A stretch of 24,684 bases of DNA from Synechococcales cyanobacterium RM1_1_8 (GCA_012032745.1 JAAUQQ010000025.1:1-24684); one strand, 5' to 3'. Numbered from the stretch's first letter, positions 8,487 to 17,265 are shown. Made by a program: numbers and translations. Notes: generated from the letters alone by a model not told the origin.

Positions 8487-10252
8487 GTGCAGAATTTGGA
8501 AGATCTCTGGGATATTTTGTCGGGGTTGGATGGACAGAGCTACGGGGCCTATAAGTCGATTCGAGGCGATTATCAGGCGGAGAGCTGGACGCTGTACATT
8601 GATAAGGTCCAGGGTGACCCCTTTGCGGCACCGAGCCTTTGCCGGGTGCTGGTGGAAGCGGACTATGCACAGTTGCCGGGCGAACTCTCGGCCAGTGAGA
8701 GCCGCATTTTGGGGCTAACGGATTTCTTGACGCGGCAGTTTGGTCAGGTGGCGCGGCAGTTGGGCCAGAGTCGGGGCTCGGGGGGCAGCGGGCGGATTGA
8801 GATGGCGCGGCCCAGTCAGGCGGTGCTGGTGCGGACGAGCGTGATTTGGCATGGGGGACTGAAGGCTGGGGGGCCGCTAGAAGCCCGGTTTACGGTGGGC
8901 CTGCCTGCCCAGGGACGGCGGATCTTGGGGCGACAGGCGGCGGCGATGTTCTGTGAGGATTTGCCGGAGATTGTGGCGCGATCGCTCTGTTACCCCGCCC
9001 TGGACGGCAATCAGTTGCTGGCGCATGTCAAAACGGTGGAGGATAGCCGCTGGTTGCGGGGCGAACTAAAAAGCCGGGGATTGGTGGCCTTTGTGCCCGA
9101 CGGCGCGGTGCTGGCGCGGCGCAGTGGCGTGGACGAACGGCCCCTGGAAGATGCGATCGCTTTCAATCCCCAGAGTCCTTGCGGGTGAGCTTTGACTGTC
9201 CCAACCGGGGCCAGATCTCGGGCCTGGGCATTCCCACGGGGGTGACCCTGATTGTGGGCGGCGGTTACCACGGCAAGTCAACGCTGTTGCAGGCGATCGA
9301 GGGGGGCGTTTACGACCATATTCCCGGCGATGGTCGGGAGCTGGTGGTGACTGATCCCAGCGCGGTGAAGGTACGGGCAGAGGATGGCCGAGCCGTGGCG
9401 GGGGTGAACCTGTCGCCGTTTATTAATCACTTGCCCCTGGGCCAATCGACGGTGCAGTTTTCCACGCCCAATGCCAGTGGCAGTACGTCCCAGGCGGCCA
9501 GCATCCTTGAGGCGCTGGAGGCGGGGGCGGGGGCCTTGCTGATGGATGAGGACACCTCGGCGACGAACTTCATGATTCGCGATCGCCGGATGCAGGCCCT
9601 AATCGCTAAGGAGCAGGAGCCGATTACGCCCTTTGTGGATAAGGTGCGGCAGTTGTGTGACGAACGAGGTGTTTCGACAATTCTGGTGATGGGGGGCAGT
9701 GGCGATTACTTTGAGGCGGCGGATCAGGTGATTGCCATGGATCAGTTTTTGCCTCGGGATGTGACGGCGGAGGCAAAGGCGATCGCGGCGGAGTTTGCCA
9801 CGGCGCGAATTGCGGAGGGGGGCGAAGGGTTCGGTGAGGTGACGGCGCGGCGGTTGCATTTGCAACGAGAGGAGGGGCGTCGAGAGCCTGGGCGAGGGCA
9901 GCGCTATGGCCGGGGTCGTCAGCGGGAACAGGATGATGGAGAGCGGCGGGTGAAGTCGAAGGTGCGGGGGCTGGATGGGCTTTCGATTGACCGGGAGGAG
10001 GTTGATTTGTCTGGGGTGGCGCAGTTGGTGGAGGACGGGCAGGTGAGGGCGATCGCGGCAGCTTTCGTTCAGCTTTACAGCCAGGGATTGGATGGCCAGG
10101 CGACGGTGGCGGAGGTGTTGGATGGGATTGAGGCGGCGATCGAGCGGGATGGCTTGGATGGGCTGACGACCTTGCTGCAAGGCAACCTGGTGCTGCCCCG
10201 GCGGCAGGATTTGGCGGCGGCGCTGAATCGCTGGCGAGCAGCGCATCTCTAA
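8487..10252 (+). pseudogene. ABC-class ATPase (predicted P-loop ATPase, PF09818-like), split by a -1 frameshift
   Basis: 8487-9188 encodes the N-terminal half (GAYKSIRGDYQ..., ARRSGVDERPLEDAIAFNPQSP); 9179-10252 in another frame continues (L)RVSFDCPNRGQISGLGIPTGVTLIVGGGYHGKSTLLQAIEGGVYDHIPGDGRE with Walker A. Confidence 0.8.
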
Positions 10253-10322
10253 AGCTCTAATACTGCTCAGATCCGACGTTTCAGACTTGGCTGCATGGGA
10301 CAAATGTTGTGTAATAATTTAC
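10079..10322. repeat. Long direct repeat, left copy (3' end of ABC-class ATPase gene and downstream sequence)
   Basis: Aligns to 12431-12674 at constant offset 2352 with 4 mismatches and no gaps. Confidence 0.95.
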
Positions 10323-10408
10323 TCTGTGCAGGCTCAGTCTATTCAATATTTCATGTGTCGCCGTAGCGAGTCGCTGCAATATTTCTATACGTTACATCCT
10401 AAAATCTA

Positions 10409-11071
10409 ATGACTACAAACTTTCAAGATGATGCGCGCGAAAGCAGTATGCGTGATCTATTTGAGCTTCAGAAAGATGAAGCAGAGGGGCGCTCTGGTAT
10501 AGATGCTTTTTTGCTTTTGGATGGTGAACGAATTCCGTTTGAGCTTAAAACGACTTCTAAAGGGTCCGTAACAACCGTTCGGGATTTTGGGCCTGATCAT
10601 ATTCAAAAATGGCAAGACAAACACTGGCTGATTGGTTTTTTCTTGAAGGGTAAAGAATATTACAAATATGCTTCTCCCTCTCAGATAAAGCCTTGGATTC
10701 AGAAGAAAGAACAGTATATTTCAAATGACTTCAAATTGGCAAATTTGCTGCCTAATAAAATTGATCTTGAAGACATGTATAAAATCCTGGGAGCTAAATC
10801 AGTCTATTCTTTAGCAGATGCAAAGTGCGTGCAGAAAAATCAGTATACAAAAGAAAAGTACTTAGAGCTTCAAGATTTGGAGTCAGGCTACAGCGCTCAT
10901 AGAATGTTGGACATTTTCCAGGATCGAGCTCGGTATTTACTTAAACGGGGGAGTACGCTGAATAATCCGCATATTCCACTCTCGTATTTCAAAGAATGTC
11001 CTGAAATAACTCAAGATCATGCTCAAAACCTTCGTCTCTTAGTTCGAGAATATTTTTTAAATTCTGCTTAG
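10409..11071 (+). CDS. Probable type II restriction endonuclease (PD-(D/E)XK)
   Basis: GIDAFLLLDGERIPFELKTTSKGS fits a D-x(n)-ELK catalytic motif; convergent with and overlapping by 4 bp a 5mC methyltransferase gene. Confidence 0.7.
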   Translation: MTTNFQDDARESSMRDLFELQKDEAEGRSGIDAFLLLDGERIPFELKTTSKGSVTTVRDFGPDHIQKWQDKHWLIGFFLKGKEYYKYASPSQIKPWIQKKEQYISNDFKLANLLPNKIDLEDMYKILGAKSVYSLADAKCVQKNQYTKEKYLELQDLESGYSAHRMLDIFQDRARYLLKRGSTLNNPHIPLSYFKECPEITQDHAQNLRLLVREYFLNSA

Positions 11072-12285
11072 CTTTCTAGTGCTTCTAATACATTCTTAGC
11101 GACATGGTATGCCACAGGTGGAACGACGGAATTTCCAATTTGCCCTAGCCTTTGGTAGACTGCTCCTGAAAAATGCCAAGACTCCGGAAAACCCTGAAGT
11201 AAAGCAACGTCTTGAATAGATAGTCTAAAATGCTGATGCTTTGCGGGGAAGGCGGAAGCAGATTCTCTACTTTCTTGAACTCCATTGGGCCATATTTTCA
11301 TCTCTCCCCATGATTTCTGGCCTGCGGAGCTGTTCAGTATTGATGTTGTATTTCGTTTACCTGTAAAACCACTACGAATCGTAGGAGCCAAAGCGTCATA
11401 GTCAATATGAGTTAACCCTAGCGCTTCTCGAACGCCCATGGTTTTAGGAAGGCTTGCTTCAAATAGAGATAGACTGATGGGCTGATTTTGCTTTTGTAAA
11501 TGTCTCCAAGAATGTGTTGCTTGTGGAATCTTAAAATCCTTAAAGGCTGCTAGTTTTCTAAAGCCTACGAAGAACACACGCCGCCTAACTTGAGGTACGC
11601 CGAAATCAGCTGCGTGCATCTCAAATTTGACGATTGAGTATTCTGAAAGCTGATCGATAATAAACTTTTTTACAAAGTCATTAAACTTGGGATTGAGTAA
11701 ACCTAGAACATTCTCGGCAATGAAAGCGCTTGGTTTGATTGTATTAACTGCTCTATTGAACTCTCCCCACATATTTCTTTCATCATGAAGACCTTTCTGC
11801 TCGCCAGCAATTGAGAACGGCTGGCATGGTGGACCACCATGGATAACGTCTATTTCTCCCACGTAAGGCTGCCAGTTTATTTGGGTCACGTCACCTTCTT
11901 CAGGACCTCCATAAACCTTCCAGTCAGGGCAATTTAAGCGCAGCGTTTCTTTACAAATTGGAATGAGTTCATAGGATGCGATGTGTCTGTATCCTGCTCT
12001 AGATACGCCTAAATCTAATCCACCGCCACCACTAAACAAACTCAATGCAGTTAGTCCATGCTGGTCTAGCTGGGGCATCAGTGATAGGGGATCTAACAAA
12101 GGAGTATTAATAACGTGTACTCTCTCATGCAATCTTTTCACTGCATTCAGCTTGGCCATTCTAGATTCGTGAGATGTGCGCCTATATTCCTCGCGCTGCT
12201 CGGGTGATAAGTTATACTCTTTGCGAGCTTCATTTTTGTATACAGATAGCCTGGCTGATTGCTCTTTCATGATTACTAGCCTCAC
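11068..12285 (-). CDS. DNA (cytosine-5-)-methyltransferase, type II R-M
   Basis: Motif I LSLFSGGGGLDLGV, motif IV GGPPCQPFS, ENV (ENVLG), QVRRRVFFVGF, motif X GNSVVPPVAYHVAKN. Confidence 0.95.
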   Translation of the reverse strand: MRLVIMKEQSARLSVYKNEARKEYNLSPEQREEYRRTSHESRMAKLNAVKRLHERVHVINTPLLDPLSLMPQLDQHGLTALSLFSGGGGLDLGVSRAGYRHIASYELIPICKETLRLNCPDWKVYGGPEEGDVTQINWQPYVGEIDVIHGGPPCQPFSIAGEQKGLHDERNMWGEFNRAVNTIKPSAFIAENVLGLLNPKFNDFVKKFIIDQLSEYSIVKFEMHAADFGVPQVRRRVFFVGFRKLAAFKDFKIPQATHSWRHLQKQNQPISLSLFEASLPKTMGVREALGLTHIDYDALAPTIRSGFTGKRNTTSILNSSAGQKSWGEMKIWPNGVQESRESASAFPAKHQHFRLSIQDVALLQGFPESWHFSGAVYQRLGQIGNSVVPPVAYHVAKNVLEALES

Positions 12286-12430
12286 TATGCTGACGTGGTA
12301 ATTGTAGAACAGGAGTACCGAAAAATCCAGGCTTAAATAAGCTTCGTATGGATGAAATAAATTTGTACCTTCCTAGGCTCTGGTATCGCTCACCAGGGTT
12401 GCTAAAGCCTTAGCGCTAGTGCGGTCATAT

Positions 12431-12674
12431 AGCCAGGGATTGGATGGCCAGGCGACGGTGGCGGAGGTGTTGGATGGGATTGAGGCGGCGATCGAGCGGG
12501 ATGGCTTGGATGGGCTGACGACCTTGCTGCAAGGCAACCTGGCGCTGCCCCGGCGGCAGGATTTGGCGGCGGCGCTGAATCGCTGGCGAGCAGCGCATCT
12601 CTAAAGCTCTAATACTGCTCAGATCCGACATTTCAGACTTGGCTGCATGGGACAAATATTGTGTAATAACTTAC
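12431..12674. repeat. Long direct repeat, right copy (orphan 3' fragment of ABC-class ATPase gene)
   Basis: Encodes YSQGLDGQATVAEVLDGIEAAIERDGLDGLTTLLQGNLALPRRQDLAAALNRWRAAHL*, same as the C-terminus of 9179-10252 except V to A. Confidence 0.95.
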
Positions 12675-12713
12675 CTCTCACATGCTCGGGCCTGTTGTAG
12701 CACAAAGCAAAAG

Positions 12714-12824
12714 ATGACTCCAGAACTCACTTGTCCTACCTGCTGCTCCTGCGACATTTCAAAGAGCGGAACAACGCGGCGAGGCAAACAAAACTACAAA
12801 TGCCGAGACTGCAACCGACAGTTT
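12714..12824 (+). pseudogene. IS1-family InsA N-terminal remnant
   Basis: MTPELTCPTCCSCDISKSGTTRRGKQNYKCRDCNRQF zinc-ribbon region; no downstream InsB or remainder of the element. Confidence 0.6.
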
Positions 12825-12948
12825 TGCCAATTCAGGGGGCTCCCCGTCTTCTAGTTGTCGCGATAGGCAAATGTCATGTCTTGACACTTGATATGGGGTT
12901 ATGGGCGATCTCGGGCCTTCAACTCATGAAAATACCTCAGGTTGGAAA

Positions 12949-12969
12949 CCCCTAGCCTTTAGGCAGGGG
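12949..12969. other. Stem-loop CCCCT-a-GCCT-tt-AGGC-AGGGG, candidate IS200/IS605-type right-end hairpin
   Basis: Perfect stem with one bulged A, preceded by ggttggaaa and followed by agga, just beyond the 3' end of the IsrB-like gene. Confidence 0.5.
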
Positions 12970-12990
12970 AGGAAAATCGGGACTGCGTCT

Positions 12991-14121
12991 TTAGGCGCAG
13001 TGGGCCGCTAAAAGCCCAGTAGAGCGGTGAATCAGTTCTACTTTTGATGCGGTGAACTGCCCTAGTCGTCTCCAGTTGGAGTCGGAGATAGAAACCTGAG
13101 TTTTTGTATCACCGCTGACCCAGCCGAAGAATTCTTTGCCAGCTTTCACCGCCCGAACAAAGTCACCTTTCCGTAATCCGTTGTGGCGAGTGATGGTGCC
13201 GCCATACTTCCGTCTTACTCCACCTTTGACAGGCTGAGCTAGATGTAGCTGTCTGCGGGAAATAGGTGGGCGTTTGATGATGCGAAATAGACCGTCGAGC
13301 GAAGTCTGAACAGCGCCAAACCAGTCAGCGCCATCAACACCTTGCTTGTAATGCTTGCGGTAGCCCACAAACTCACTAGAGGCCAATGCAACACCGTCAA
13401 CGGCATGGGAGGCAGGAGACTGTTCTTTCTTGTTGTGGGTCTTCTCCAGGCTTAGGTGATTACGAATCTGAGCAGTTTGCCAACCAAGTTGAGTCTTTAC
13501 CTTGGGGCCTAGCTTGGACAGCTCGGAAAGCATCCATTTTTGACGGACCATAACTGCTGAGAAACCTTTACCAGAACGCGCTTTTTTGCGTCCGCTGGTC
13601 AAATCAACATCGGCCTTGACGTACTCGTAAACAATAGAGCTGGCAGGGAATAGAACAAGCAGTTCTTTAACTACCCTGAGTTCAAGCTGACGATTAGCAC
13701 GAATAGAAGGAGCAACTTTCTTCTGGCGACGATTAGAGAACCTAGCCTGTCGGTGAGCCCGCAGATTGAAAGCAACCTTGCGATTGATTCTCCGACCACG
13801 CCGACCGCGCCGCATTAGTTTCTGGAATTCCTTGCGGTCTTTAACCCGCTTGAACGGCAAAACTAAGTGAGCTAGAAACAGCGTGAACTGGGAAGATTGA
13901 ACGCCAATGCCTGAGTAAAGCTTGCCGGGGTCAATACCAATGGCTATGGGTTGAGTCTTAGCGCCTGACGGTTCAGCGGTGAGCTGCACATACCAAACGT
14001 TAATATCAGACCAACGGCCTACAGCTTTGCCAGATTCGACCCATTTTCTAGCTCGCTTTGGGGTTGTGGGCATAAGCGGTTTTCCTTCTGGGTCTATAAC
14101 TGCGATTCGTTGAATTTGCAT
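12991..14121 (-). CDS. IscB-superfamily RuvC-like protein lacking an HNH domain (IsrB-like)
   Basis: N-terminal PLMP motif (GKPLMPTTPKRARKWVESGKAV), RuvC-I IAIGIDPGKLYSGIGV, Arg-rich bridge helix RRGRRGRRINRKVAFNLRAHRQARFSNRR, RuvC-II SIVYEYVKAD, RuvC-III SHAVDGVALAS, C-terminal RPPISRRQLHLAQPVKGGVRRKYGGTITRHNGLRKGDFV. No CxxC or HNH between RuvC-II and RuvC-III. Confidence 0.85.
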   Translation of the reverse strand: MQIQRIAVIDPEGKPLMPTTPKRARKWVESGKAVGRWSDINVWYVQLTAEPSGAKTQPIAIGIDPGKLYSGIGVQSSQFTLFLAHLVLPFKRVKDRKEFQKLMRRGRRGRRINRKVAFNLRAHRQARFSNRRQKKVAPSIRANRQLELRVVKELLVLFPASSIVYEYVKADVDLTSGRKKARSGKGFSAVMVRQKWMLSELSKLGPKVKTQLGWQTAQIRNHLSLEKTHNKKEQSPASHAVDGVALASSEFVGYRKHYKQGVDGADWFGAVQTSLDGLFRIIKRPPISRRQLHLAQPVKGGVRRKYGGTITRHNGLRKGDFVRAVKAGKEFFGWVSGDTKTQVSISDSNWRRLGQFTASKVELIHRSTGLLAAHCA

Positions 14122-14129
14122 TTTGGAGA

Positions 14130-14336
14130 CAATCCCGCAAATGGTTTAAGTCCCTTACCCCAACGCGCCTAGAATGTCTTGCCTTTACGCAGCGCCTACA
14201 ACAACTAGGCTTAGAGTTAATCCGAACTAGGGAAGCATCCGGAAGTCTGTATCAAGGCGCGTCTCTAGGGGTAGTCAGCACTTAGTGGCTTGGTTGTTCA
14301 AGCCAAGCCCCCGATCTTTAGTCGGGGGTTGCTGAC
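14130..14336 (-). ncRNA. Candidate omegaRNA scaffold of the IsrB-like element
   Basis: Immediately 5' of the nuclease gene. Outer stem 14330-14336/14274-14280 (GTCAGCA/TGCTGAC) encloses hairpins 14308-14314/14322-14328 (CCCCCGA/TCGGGGG) and 14287-14292/14299-14304 (GGCTTG/CAAGCC). Long-range pairing: 14268-14273 with 14156-14161 (TACCCC/GGGGTA) and 14256-14262 with 14163-14169 (ACGCGCC/GGCGCGT). Confidence 0.75.
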
Positions 14337-14453
14337 CTGCCAATCCCTGGGCTGGAGAAGTGAGGGTGACCCCCACCGCTAACCCTGCACGAGACCGAGA
14401 CAATGCCTCGGCCACCGCCAGCTCCCCATCAATGAACCTTCGCTGCACCTTCT

Positions 14454-16172
14454 CTAAAGTTGAGAGAGGCTCCGGCGGGTTGGGCTGGCGCTCAGGGCTT
14501 GCCACTCGGACTGGCCGAGGTACTGGAGGCGGCGGCTAAGGAAGAAGCTGAGGCCGGAGATCAGCGCGAGGTGAGCGGCGATCGCCCCCACCGTATCTCC
14601 CCAGCCCAAGCCATGGAGCGCAGTGTAGGAAAACGTCGTCATCAGCCACAGCAGCCTGAACGGCGAATTATAGGAATCCAACCCCAGCATCCCCAAGACA
14701 ATCGGCAAGCCCAGAACCCAGGCCAAGACGATGCCAAAAGTGACCCAGCGCCCGTGGAGCAGATTCGCCAGGGCAACCCACTGCATCGCTAGGGCACAGC
14801 CCAGCAGCGAAGCCGCCGCAAAAAACCAACCGATGAGGCTCTCCGTGGCAATCCCCGTGGCTAGGTTCCCATGATGATTGAAGCCAATACCCACAAGCGC
14901 TACACCGGTGATAATCGCTAAGTTAACCGCCACCGCCAACACTGAGGGGCTGCCATCATGGCTCAGCAAATCGCCCAGGGGGCTGCGCTGGCCCTGGGGC
15001 CGCTGGTGGCGATACCTGGCCCAGTCCAGCACTGCCTGGCGGGGCGGCAGCAGTAAGAACATCAAAATCACCGCGCAGATCGCCATGGAGACAGGGTAGC
15101 TCCACAGCTCTGAATATCCATCCCAAGACTGCACAGTAAAGCCCATCATCAGCAGAGAGAGAAAGAGCGTCAGGCCATAGCTTTCCACCTTGCCCAAGGA
15201 GGTTTTGGCCGGGGTTTGAAACTTGCGCTCCAGCACCCGCCAAAACCAAGCGCCCAGGAGCAAAGCATTGGGCAAGGCCAGGAACAAATACTCGTCGCCG
15301 CCCTTACCCGCAGGCCAGAAAAACCAGCCCAAATCGCGAAAGCCATCTAAAGCAGCGCCGTCACTAAAGAGCCAAACGCTGCGGCCACTCCAGCCAGTTA
15401 CGTCCCAATAGGCCAGGAGCTGGAGCGGGTGGAACAGACGAAACCAATCCAAAGAACTGTTGCTCTGGTTGGCGGACCAGCCGCCACTGAGCAGTCCAAT
15501 GCTAATGCCAGAAATCAGCCAGGTCTGGAAGCCTTGCAGCCCCGGTGTCAGCAGGGCAAACCACATGGCAGCGGCGTAGAAGCAAAAGGCGATCGCCCCC
15601 AGCAAGCCATAAAACCCCAGCAAAATCTTCAAAGGATAGGTCGCCATCAGGCCCGTCGCCAGGTGTAGCGGCAACATTATGCCAGTGCCGAGATATGGCA
15701 GCACCGGCACCCCCAGCAGCTTGCCCAGCAAAATCTGACGGCTCGACTGGGGACTCATGCGCAAAAAATTGAGCGTGCCCCGGCGGGTTTCCTTGGAGAG
15801 ATCCGCCGCCAGCAGATAGACACCGCCAATGAGCAGCACCCAGACCAGGACAAAGCTCAGATCGCGAAACACATCGGCCCACACCAGGGGCCAGTCCAGT
15901 CGCGGCACGTTGTCGGGGCCGACCTGGCAGCCCGTTTCCACCTGCTTCAGGCAATACTCGATGCCTGGATAAAATTCATTGTTGGTTCTGGTCGGTAGCT
16001 GGGCAAGGCGTTGTAATAGCAAGAGCCCCTGCACCGCCATGGAGATCGCCAGGGTGATCAGTAGGTTGCGCCAGCGCAGTCGCCCCTGCCATTCCCGCAG
16101 GAGCTGGGGGTTGCGATTGCCCACATAATCAGCCGCAATTTCGGTCACATTTTCAATCAGTTTGGAGGCCAT
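14454..16172 (-). CDS. ABC transporter permease (ABC-2 type, multispanning)
   Basis: Many TM segments (LAISMAVQGLLLLQRLAQ, FVLVWVLLIGGVYLLAADLSKETRRGTLNFLRMSPQSSRQILLGKLLGVPVLPYLG); start overlaps the ATPase gene end. Confidence 0.85.
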   Translation of the reverse strand: MASKLIENVTEIAADYVGNRNPQLLREWQGRLRWRNLLITLAISMAVQGLLLLQRLAQLPTRTNNEFYPGIEYCLKQVETGCQVGPDNVPRLDWPLVWADVFRDLSFVLVWVLLIGGVYLLAADLSKETRRGTLNFLRMSPQSSRQILLGKLLGVPVLPYLGTGIMLPLHLATGLMATYPLKILLGFYGLLGAIAFCFYAAAMWFALLTPGLQGFQTWLISGISIGLLSGGWSANQSNSSLDWFRLFHPLQLLAYWDVTGWSGRSVWLFSDGAALDGFRDLGWFFWPAGKGGDEYLFLALPNALLLGAWFWRVLERKFQTPAKTSLGKVESYGLTLFLSLLMMGFTVQSWDGYSELWSYPVSMAICAVILMFLLLPPRQAVLDWARYRHQRPQGQRSPLGDLLSHDGSPSVLAVAVNLAIITGVALVGIGFNHHGNLATGIATESLIGWFFAAASLLGCALAMQWVALANLLHGRWVTFGIVLAWVLGLPIVLGMLGLDSYNSPFRLLWLMTTFSYTALHGLGWGDTVGAIAAHLALISGLSFFLSRRLQYLGQSEWQALSASPTRRSLSQL

Positions 16173-17182
16173 TAGGACACCTGCTTATGGTCTAAATGTT
16201 TGAGAAAAATCGTTTCCAGATCTTCGCGGGTATGGTTGAACTGGCGAATGGGAAGGCCGGCGGTGATCAGCGATCGCAACAGCGCCCCCGCTGCGGCCCC
16301 ATCCCCCTCAAATTCCACACAAATCTCCTGGGCCGAAACCTGGGTCTGGGCTATCACAGCGTTATGACGGCCAAGCGCCTCGGACAGTTCCGCCCCATCC
16401 CCCAGGGTGGCAATGAAAATCTGCTGGCGGCTGAGTCGCTGGTACAACTCATCCAGGGGCGCACTCTCGACCAAATGGCCCAGCTCCATGATGCCGATGG
16501 TGCTGCAAAAATCCGCCAGGTCGCTAAGCACATGGGAGGAAATCAGGATCGTCATGGCGCTGGCTTGGAGTGCTTTGATAATGTCCCGAAACTCCATCCG
16601 CGCCACGGGGTCCAGGCCCGAAACCGGCTCATCCAGCACCAGCAGCGAAGGCTGATGCACAATCGTCCGGGCCAATCCCAGGCGTTGCTTCATGCCCCGC
16701 GATAGCTCCGTGGTGCGGCTGTGGCGCTTGCTGGTGAGCTGCACCAACTCCAGGATGTCGTAGAGCCTGCTGCGCCGCTGCGTGACGCCATAGAGCCGCG
16801 CAAAATAGTCCAAATATTGCCAAACGGTCAGGTCATCGTAGAGCGGGTAATCATCGGGCAAATAGCCGATGCAGCGCTGGAGCTGGGGGTTGTCTTGGTC
16901 CTGGCGCAGGGGCTCGCCGTTGATCAAAATTTCTCCCAGGGTGGGCGTTTCCGCTCCCACCAGCATTTCCATCAGCGTGGTCTTGCCCGCGCCGTTGGGG
17001 CCGATCAGGCCGTAGACTTCGCTGGGGAATAGGTCCAGGTCCAGGTCATTGACGGCAATTTTTCGCCCGTAGCGCTTGGTCAGGCCGCGAGCGCTGAGGG
17101 TGGGCTGGGGTGAGTTGAGATCGGGTGGCGGCTGGGGCGAGGAGCGGGCGATCGCCTCGGCGGGCGACAGTGGGGAAACCAT
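16172..17182 (-). CDS. ABC transporter ATP-binding protein
   Basis: Walker A GLIGPNGAGKTTLMEML, signature ELSRGMKQRLGLART, Walker B SLLVLDEPVSGLDP, ILISSHVLSDL. Confidence 0.95.
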   Translation of the reverse strand: MVSPLSPAEAIARSSPQPPPDLNSPQPTLSARGLTKRYGRKIAVNDLDLDLFPSEVYGLIGPNGAGKTTLMEMLVGAETPTLGEILINGEPLRQDQDNPQLQRCIGYLPDDYPLYDDLTVWQYLDYFARLYGVTQRRSRLYDILELVQLTSKRHSRTTELSRGMKQRLGLARTIVHQPSLLVLDEPVSGLDPVARMEFRDIIKALQASAMTILISSHVLSDLADFCSTIGIMELGHLVESAPLDELYQRLSRQQIFIATLGDGAELSEALGRHNAVIAQTQVSAQEICVEFEGDGAAAGALLRSLITAGLPIRQFNHTREDLETIFLKHLDHKQVS

Positions 17183-17265
17183 AGGCGGCTTGGGGCTGGG
17201 GAGCGGAGGCGGATATATCTGGCAGGACTCTTCCCCTGGACTTCAAGTTCCGGGGGGGCCATTTC

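Larger units (their letters stand above)
12949..14336 (-). mobile_element. Putative non-autonomous IS200/IS605-like element carrying the IsrB-like gene and omegaRNA (ends approximate)
   Basis: omegaRNA-like left end, nuclease gene and candidate right-end hairpin; no TnpA (HUH) gene in the window. Confidence 0.55.

Noticed and set aside
12731-12955. 74-aa plus ORF running into the hairpin
   Set aside because: Out of frame with the InsA remnant; composition looks non-coding.
12991-14121. Calling the nuclease a full IscB with RuvC plus HNH
   Set aside because: No CxxC pairs or HNH-type His-Asn-His segment in the short interval between RuvC-II and RuvC-III.
15502-15954. 150-aa minus ORF within the ABC permease
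   Set aside because: Overlaps a different frame of a convincing multispanning permease; no domain signature.
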